Part shown: one piece after another, positions 58,853 through 64,000 of the stretch
Layout: each line of letters begins with the position of its first letter
How positions within the stretch are numbered: position 1 is the first letter of the stretch
DNA from: a virus
Virus record (IMG/VR): IMGVR_UViG_3300027151_000002
Span: 32,001 to 96,000 of that record
DNA length: 64,000 nucleotides
Direction: 5' to 3' (one strand)
The notes under the pieces: generated by a model
Database searches by the model: none
What the model was told of the DNA's origin: nothing
What the model saw: the letters and a program-made list of their open reading frames with translations, nothing else
Position numbers and translations under genes: made by a program

Positions 58853-59437
58853 ATGCCCACGCTGCCCTTTGTTCAAGCACCCGAGACACCAACCTTGCGG
58901 CGTCTTGGCACACCCGCCAGCGGGATCCTTGAGATGCCGGTGCTGGGCGGTCTGACGGTGGGTGAATCGGCCGTGGTGAGTGAACTGCTGGCAGCAGAGC
59001 AGAGCGCCTTCGTCAAAGGTGCGCAGATCGCAGATGCGATTGCCAAGGCAGAAGAGATCAGCATCTCCGAGGCGTTCAGCATTATTGAAAGCGCCATCAG
59101 CGGTAAGGCGCTGGAGCCCGAGGCTGAAGCGATCCGCACCCGCCACGCCGAGCAGATTGAGCAGGTGGCACGGGTGTATGCCAGCGCTGGGCAGCGCAAC
59201 ATGGAGGCCACCGTCACAGCCCTTATTCGTTGCCGCTGCAACCTCAGCGACTGGCGCGTAGACGACACCCGCCAGATGCACCGCGCCCTGTTCAACGCGA
59301 TCTGGGCCTTGGCGCAAGAGGAGCAGGAAGCTGAGGCGATGCCGAATGAACCGCCGACGGAGGAGGAATTGGGAAAGCCGCAGCCGGCGGATGGCGCCGG
59401 AGCGAAACGGACTGGGCGCAAATCTTCTACGACCTAG
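58853..59437 (+). CDS. tail assembly chaperone (gpG analogue)
   Basis: Resembles 199-732 (A..IA...I...EAF, W...DT); ends with an in-frame G GGA AAG. Confidence 0.75.
   Translation: MPTLPFVQAPETPTLRRLGTPASGILEMPVLGGLTVGESAVVSELLAAEQSAFVKGAQIADAIAKAEEISISEAFSIIESAISGKALEPEAEAIRTRHAEQIEQVARVYASAGQRNMEATVTALIRCRCNLSDWRVDDTRQMHRALFNAIWALAQEEQEAEAMPNEPPTEEELGKPQPADGAGAKRTGRKSSTT
59371..59377 (+). promoter_or_regulatory. -1 programmed frameshift heptamer G GGA AAG
   Basis: TTG GGA AAG in frame; same heptamer as the lambda G/T site; -1 frame open to 60024. Confidence 0.85.
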
Positions 59438-60024
59438 CCCACGGCTATCCGGGTCAGTTCCATCGCACCAGCTACCAGCGTGAGCTGCGCGTCGTGGTGC
59501 TGCGGGCGTGGCGTGAATTGCAGCGCATCCGCCGCGAGCAGGTGCAGCTGCAGGAGCTGCCTGTCGCTCAGCTGGCGGCGCTGCTGGCCAACGTCAACCG
59601 CGACCCCAAGAAGGGCAAGCCCTTCAGCCTGCAGGACTTCACGCTGTTTGCGGAAGAGCGCAAAGACGAAAGCGTGCTGAGCCCGGAGGTCGCGGCTGTG
59701 GCGCTAGAGCTACGCCATGAGGACAAAGCACCGCCGCTGCTGATCACCTGCTGGCCGCAGGTGCTCGCCAGCGTCAAAGACGGCGCCAAGGTGCCGAGCC
59801 CCCGTGCGCTACACAGCGACGACAATGCGGTGTGGGTGCTGGCGCCTAAGTGGGAGAGCGCCAACGTGCGCGGCGGATTGGTGCTCGTTCGTGGGCGGAT
59901 CAGCGGCAGCATCACCGTGCGCGATCTCGACAAGCCACTGTTGAGCTACACCTTCAAGCTGCCTGAGCGCCCCGGTTTCGGCTGGATGGAGGCAGGCTGT
60001 CTCTTGGTTGCAACGGAAATCTAG
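59377..60024 (+). CDS. tail assembly chaperone frameshift extension (gpT part)
   Basis: -1 frame AAAGGWRRSETDWAQIFYDL... joins ORF 59494-60024. Confidence 0.75.
   Translation, partial: AAAGGWRRSETDWAQIFYDLAHGYPGQFHRTSYQRELRVVVLRAWRELQRIRREQVQLQELPVAQLAALLANVNRDPKKGKPFSLQDFTLFAEERKDESVLSPEVAAVALELRHEDKAPPLLITCWPQVLASVKDGAKVPSPRALHSDDNAVWVLAPKWESANVRGGLVLVRGRISGSITVRDLDKPLLSYTFKLPERPGFGWMEAGCLLVATEI
60015..60024 (+). promoter_or_regulatory. segment B promoter box variant GGAAATCTAG
   Basis: 4 nt before ATG 60029. Confidence 0.5.
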
Positions 60025-60028
60025 GCCC

Positions 60029-60430
60029 ATGGCAACCGTGCTCTCGTTTAGGACCGCGCTCCAGGTCACGCTGGCGTCCTACTTGGGCACCTACACCCTT
60101 GCCAACGGCAGCACCACGCCAGCCATCTCGGTGCGTGGGGCGGGTGAGAGCCTGCCGCCCAACACCACCGTCAGCGGCCTTGAGGTGGTGATCCTGCGGG
60201 AGCCGGAGCTGGTACCGGTGCGCCAGTACCAGAAAGAGCACGCCTTCAGCCGCTGGACGATTTACCTCGTCGATTGGGACGGCACCAACAGCCTGCAGGA
60301 AGTAGCTGGCAAGTTGCTCTGGGCGTACCCCGGCAGCAACGCCGTCTCGATCAACGTGCCAAGAGGCGTAGGCCCGCGTTCGCAGATGCGCGTTGACATC
60401 CAGACCGATCCCGACCTGATTGTGGGTTGA
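60029..60430 (+). CDS. tail terminator-like protein
   Basis: 133 aa; LGTY...TPA, GLEVVI, W.IYL..W; ATG 60029 preferred over TTG 60008. Confidence 0.45.
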   Translation: MATVLSFRTALQVTLASYLGTYTLANGSTTPAISVRGAGESLPPNTTVSGLEVVILREPELVPVRQYQKEHAFSRWTIYLVDWDGTNSLQEVAGKLLWAYPGSNAVSINVPRGVGPRSQMRVDIQTDPDLIVG

Positions 60431-60440
60431 GGAAACCTTG
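60431..60440 (+). promoter_or_regulatory. segment B promoter box variant GGAAACCTTG
   Basis: Immediately after the stop; 21 nt before ATG 60462. Confidence 0.5.
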
Positions 60441-60461
60441 GTGTAGAGCTTTTTGTTGGCG

Positions 60462-61154
60462 ATGCCCGTATTTCCAGGCGCTGGTGACGCCTCTGTTCGG
60501 CTGGCGTACAAAGACGCCGGGGGTATCGTTCAGAATGTTGATACCAACAATCCTCTGCCGGTCAACATTGGCAGCGCCACGCTCAGCGTCACTGCAGACG
60601 GCGTTGAGATCAAAAACGACACGGGCAACCCCGTACCCGTCAGTGATGGCGCAAGCAGCCTGACTGTCGATGGCAAGGCATACCGCTCAACGGTATCCAT
60701 TACCCGCCCCAGCAACACCACCGCTTACACCGCTGGTGATGTGGTTGGTGACACTGGCGGCAGCGCGATCCTGACGCTCACCAACGCCGGCCCCAGCGGT
60801 GGCTTCGTCATTGTGCAAAGCGCCTCGCTGATTTTTAGCGACAGCAGTGTTCCGAGCGGCATGGGCGCCTTCCGCGTTCATTTGTACTCAGCCAGCCCCA
60901 CCGCCATCGCGGATAACGTTGCCTTTGACTTAGCGAGCGGCGAGCGGGCCACCTACATGGGCTACATCGAACTGCCCACACCGCAGGATCTCGGCAGCAC
61001 GATCTACACACAGGTGGACTACCCAGGCCGCCTGCTTAAGCTCGCCGCAGCCAGCACCTCGATCTTTGCCGAGATCGAAACCCGTGGCGCTTACACCCCC
61101 GTTAGCGCCAGCACCGTTGAACTCCGCATCAACACACTGGAGGCTGGACTCTGA
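60462..61154 (+). CDS. virion structural protein
   Basis: NPLPV, VEIKNDTGNPVPV, RPSNTTAYTAGDV. Confidence 0.55.
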   Translation: MPVFPGAGDASVRLAYKDAGGIVQNVDTNNPLPVNIGSATLSVTADGVEIKNDTGNPVPVSDGASSLTVDGKAYRSTVSITRPSNTTAYTAGDVVGDTGGSAILTLTNAGPSGGFVIVQSASLIFSDSSVPSGMGAFRVHLYSASPTAIADNVAFDLASGERATYMGYIELPTPQDLGSTIYTQVDYPGRLLKLAAASTSIFAEIETRGAYTPVSASTVELRINTLEAGL

Positions 61155-62506
61155 TGCGCGGCTCTGCTGCTTTCCGCACCAGCGTTACCCCTGGTGGCGC
61201 ACTAGCTGGACCGTGGGTGCGTAACCCACTGTGGAACGCTGCCCGCAGTGTGCCGTCGCTGGACCTGCGCTTTGCCGACAACAAGAGCCTCGTTGACGCC
61301 ACCACCGGCCAGAACCTTGTCACCTTCACCCGCGCCAGTAGCGGCACCTATGTCGGCAGCGATAGGCTGATCAAGACGGCGACGACGAACGAAGCACGCT
61401 TTGATCATTCTCCCACCACGGGCGAAAGCCTAGGGCTGCTGGTGGAGGAAAGTAGGACGAATTTGTGTTTGCAAAGTGAGGCATGGGATACGTCTCCTTG
61501 GACATCCACTGCTCCGTACAGCGTAACCGCTAATGCAATAGCTGCACCAGATGGCACACAAACAGCCGATGCTTTGATTGTTGCTAGCGGGTCAAGTTCA
61601 TTCACTACTAATGTAACAAGGCAAATTATTACGAAAGCAGCATCTGCACTTCAATACACCCGAAGCGCATATTTCAAAGCACTAGGCTCAACGACTAGCG
61701 TTCGAGTCAGCGATTTTGGTTCCTCTGCAGCAAACGGTGCCTCCGCAGTCGTATCACTTGTTGACGGCAGTATTGTCACCGCTCCGTCTGTAGCGGGTTC
61801 CTTTTCTGGTGCTTCGGTTGCGGTGTCAAATGCCGGGAATGGCTGGTGGCGCGTTGCGTTTACTTATACCACTGATACGGCAACTTCATTAACTATCCGA
61901 TCTTTCCCGTATGTAGGCGCGGGCGTGCTTACGGGCGACGGGTCCAGCGGTCTTTACGTCTGGGGCGTTCAACTAGAAGCCGGCGCCTTCCCCACCAGCT
62001 ACATCCCCACCACCACAGCAACAGTCACCCGCAGTGCTGACGTGGCCAGTATTACGGGGAGTAACTTCAGCTCTTGGTATCGACAGGATGAGGGGACGGT
62101 GTTTGGAGATTTTACAAGAACTGCAAGCACGAATACGCAACAAGGGCGTGTTTTTAGTTTTAGCGATGGGACAAACACGAACCTGCTTGAGATTTATCAA
62201 ACAGGTGGGTCCAATCCAGCCGCTCAAATTATTGCAACTACATCACAAGCTGGGTGGATAGCATCTAACTTTACTGTTGGAACGTCAACTCGTGAAGTGC
62301 TTGGCTATCAGCTAAACAATACCAATGCTTCATTCAACGGCAGCTCTGAAACAGCGGATACAGTTTGCACTATGCCAAATGCATTAACGCAAGCACGAAT
62401 TGGAGATCGTCAAGATGGTGTCAGAACACTTAACGGCACCATCCGCCGCCTCACCTACTTCCCAACCCGCCTTCCCAACGAGACTCTCCAGGGGATCACG
62501 CAATGA
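61154..62506 (+). CDS. tail fibre/spike-like protein (lectin/CBM-like)
   Basis: PSLDL.F, TFTRASSGT, ARFDH...GLLVEE.RTN, GNGWWR, QLEAGAFPTSYIPTT. Confidence 0.7.
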   Translation: MRGSAAFRTSVTPGGALAGPWVRNPLWNAARSVPSLDLRFADNKSLVDATTGQNLVTFTRASSGTYVGSDRLIKTATTNEARFDHSPTTGESLGLLVEESRTNLCLQSEAWDTSPWTSTAPYSVTANAIAAPDGTQTADALIVASGSSSFTTNVTRQIITKAASALQYTRSAYFKALGSTTSVRVSDFGSSAANGASAVVSLVDGSIVTAPSVAGSFSGASVAVSNAGNGWWRVAFTYTTDTATSLTIRSFPYVGAGVLTGDGSSGLYVWGVQLEAGAFPTSYIPTTTATVTRSADVASITGSNFSSWYRQDEGTVFGDFTRTASTNTQQGRVFSFSDGTNTNLLEIYQTGGSNPAAQIIATTSQAGWIASNFTVGTSTREVLGYQLNNTNASFNGSSETADTVCTMPNALTQARIGDRQDGVRTLNGTIRRLTYFPTRLPNETLQGITQ

Positions 62507-62784
62507 CTTATTTTATCCGCTTCCCGAACGCTGAAACCGGCATGAATGCCTTGGATGATGCTGGTTTGCTTGATGATGACCAGCAATTCATCACTGCTTC
62601 CCACAACCATTCCCTTGATGTGATTGGCACCATTTTCAGTGGTGGTGAATGGGCTTTGGATGATAGCGTCATTACACCCCCTACTGTACTTGACGGCTGG
62701 CACGTCAACTTTCAAGGCGAGCTTCCTGAGGGGTGGGAGGAGTACGTGGTTGAGCCGCAGCAGCCGGTGAGGGTGTTTGCTTAG
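62503..62784 (+). CDS. tail-fibre-associated small acidic protein
   Basis: LDVIGTI...DGWHVN...P..P.RVFA; coupled to the fibre gene. Confidence 0.55.
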   Translation: MTYFIRFPNAETGMNALDDAGLLDDDQQFITASHNHSLDVIGTIFSGGEWALDDSVITPPTVLDGWHVNFQGELPEGWEEYVVEPQQPVRVFA

Positions 62785-62837
62785 TGGCGGTCACTAACGT
62801 GGTGGTGTTCCCGCTCTGCTTCGGCATCGGGCTGCTT

Positions 62838-62859
62838 AGCCCAGCTTCGGCTGGGCTTT
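62838..62859 (+). terminator. intrinsic terminator with a UUCG loop
   Basis: AGCCCAGC-TTCG-GCTGGGCT followed by a short T run. Confidence 0.65.
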
Positions 62860-62881
62860 GCTGTATCCATTACTTCAGAGG

Positions 62882-62891
62882 GGCAACTTAG
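62882..62891 (+). promoter_or_regulatory. segment B promoter box GGCAACTTAG
   Basis: 20 nt before the holin-like ATG at 62912. Confidence 0.65.
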
Positions 62892-62911
62892 CCATAGCAG
62901 ACCTGCTGGCT

Positions 62912-63085
62912 ATGACCCCAGAAGAATTCGCAGGCCTAGCCCTTGCGTTATTGGCTGGCAGTGAACTGCTGAGCTACATCCCTGGCGTCAGAGCCAACGG
63001 CTGGGTCCAGCTGATCCTGTCGGCACTGCGCGGTATCGCCGCTGCAGCGCAGGCAGATCAAGGCAAACCAAAGCGTCGCCGCTGA
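62912..63085 (+). CDS. holin-like small membrane protein
   Basis: MTPEEFAGLALALLAGSELLSYIPGVRANGWVQLIL...; basic C-terminus. Confidence 0.6.
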   Translation: MTPEEFAGLALALLAGSELLSYIPGVRANGWVQLILSALRGIAAAAQADQGKPKRRR

Positions 63086-63087
63086 TC

Positions 63088-63330
63088 GTGGTTGAAGTCT
63101 TGGCGGCCGTGATCGGTGCAGTCGTCGGCATCGGCGCTAGTGGCGTTGGCAGCTTTATGCGCAAAGACGAGGAATCCTCCAAAGCCGTGATCCGCCTGAC
63201 TTCAGCGGTGGAACACATCGCTGGTGAGGTCTCACTGCTGCGCCAGGAGATCAAGGAAGACCGCCAAGAGCTGTACCCACGGCTCAATGCGATTGAGCAA
63301 CGCCTTGCCGTTTTGGAGACCAAGGTTTGA
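63088..63330 (+). CDS. membrane-anchored coiled-coil lysis-cassette protein
   Basis: N-terminal hydrophobic helix; coiled coil ending RLAVLETKV. Confidence 0.55.
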   Translation: MVEVLAAVIGAVVGIGASGVGSFMRKDEESSKAVIRLTSAVEHIAGEVSLLRQEIKEDRQELYPRLNAIEQRLAVLETKV

Positions 63331-64000
63331 GCGCCATCCAGCTCCGGCAAGCCGCAAAGCACTTCAAGGAACTGCCGCATCAGCTCGCAGCGTGGGACTG
63401 GCTGCAAGGCCACATTCCCGATGGCGTGCTGGCGGACTTTGCGGAGCTGTACCGCGCAGACCCCAAACCGAAAGAACTGCTGCCAGCGCCGTGGGTTGCG
63501 CCTGCGCTCAAGATCATCCGCGAATTTGAAGGCTGCAAGCTGGAGGCCTACAAGTGTCCGGCAGGCGTCTGGACCATCGGCTGGGGCACCACGCGTCTCA
63601 TGGATGCGCCGGTGCGCGGCGGCGACAAGATCAGCCAAGCGCTTGCCGATGAGCTGCTGCAGAACGAAGTTGAAAACCTCTTTGGCCCTGGTGTGCTGCA
63701 CCTGCTGCCGTTAGCCAAGGGCTGGAAACCAGAGCAGGTCGCTGCCATCGTCAGCTTTGCCTACAACCTTGGCCTTGGTGCCTTAGAGGAGAGCACGCTG
63801 TGCAAGCGGCTGCTGGCCGGAGAAGAGCCCTGCAAGGTCGTCAGGGAAGAGTTGCCCCGCTGGGTTCATGCTGGTGAGGCAGTCTTGGCGGGCCTGGAGC
63901 GCCGCCGTGCTGCAGAGGTCGCGTTGTTCTGTGGTGACAAGCGCCTGCAAACACCACCGCAGCAAAAGCCCGGTCAGCCGCTGAAGGTGCCGTATTTCAG
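63327..64000 (+). CDS. endolysin, GH24 lysozyme (3'-truncated, not in the ORF track)
   Basis: TTG start overlapping the previous stop; EFEGCKLEAYKCPAGVWTIGWG (E-X8-C-X5-T), SFAYNLG, GLERRRAAE; open to the window end (LKVPYFQ). Confidence 0.85.
   Translation, partial: MSAIQLRQAAKHFKELPHQLAAWDWLQGHIPDGVLADFAELYRADPKPKELLPAPWVAPALKIIREFEGCKLEAYKCPAGVWTIGWGTTRLMDAPVRGGDKISQALADELLQNEVENLFGPGVLHLLPLAKGWKPEQVAAIVSFAYNLGLGALEESTLCKRLLAGEEPCKVVREELPRWVHAGEAVLAGLERRRAAEVALFCGDKRLQTPPQQKPGQPLKVPYF

Larger units (their letters stand above)
38766..64000. mobile_element. Phage segment B: siphovirus-like (probably cyanophage) packaging, head, tail and lysis modules
   Basis: TerS-TerL-portal-scaffold-MCP-tail-TMP-lysin; GC-rich; own promoter motif; second TMP and second chaperone pair. 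Confidence 0.85.

Noticed and set aside
13255-62506. Diversity-generating retroelement acting on tail fibres
   Set aside because: No reverse transcriptase ORF and no TR/VR pair differing at adenines was seen
1-64000. CRISPR array, tRNA, rRNA, integrase/att site, IS element
   Set aside because: No regularly spaced repeats, cloverleaf, recombinase or transposase motifs recognised by eye
1-64000. Stop-codon reassignment or photosynthesis genes (psbA, hli)
   Set aside because: Genes are intact in the standard code with all three stops used; no such motifs seen

Overview
The window is entirely phage-derived and looks like parts of two different cyanobacterial siphovirus-like genomes joined end to end at about 38.25-38.77 kb. 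Segment A (1 to ~38.25 kb, visibly more AT-rich) runs: tail assembly chaperones with a -1 frameshift, a 1809-aa tape measure protein, tail tip/hub genes, tail fibres (one with a C-terminal S74 autochaperone), a minus-strand lysis cassette (GH73 + L,D-transpeptidase-like lysin), HNH nuclease, thyX, dcd, SSB-like protein, exonuclease, DUF1071 recombinase, primase-helicase and many small ORFs. Its genes are preceded by TA-N3-T (-10-like) boxes. Segment B (~38.77 kb to the end, visibly GC-rich) runs: RusA, ParB-DNA methylase, TerS/TerL, portal, scaffold, major capsid, Mu gpF-like protein, head-tail adaptor, a region-4-less sigma factor, tail tube, two inverted neck genes, a second (741-aa) tape measure, tail/RBP genes, a displaced chaperone pair with the lambda-type GGGAAAG slip site, holin-like genes and a truncated GH24 endolysin. 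The best candidate novel system is in segment B: a GG(C/A/G)AAYYTWR box upstream of 11 morphogenesis/lysis genes, paired with the phage sigma factor. Also notable: C-UGU-G leader hairpins on head genes, TAG-N9-CTA inverted repeats at module boundaries, a possible NblA-like gene, and a Rho_N-like domain inside tape measure A. No CRISPR, tRNA, rRNA, integrase or reverse transcriptase was seen. All family calls come from motif recognition by eye, not database searches.
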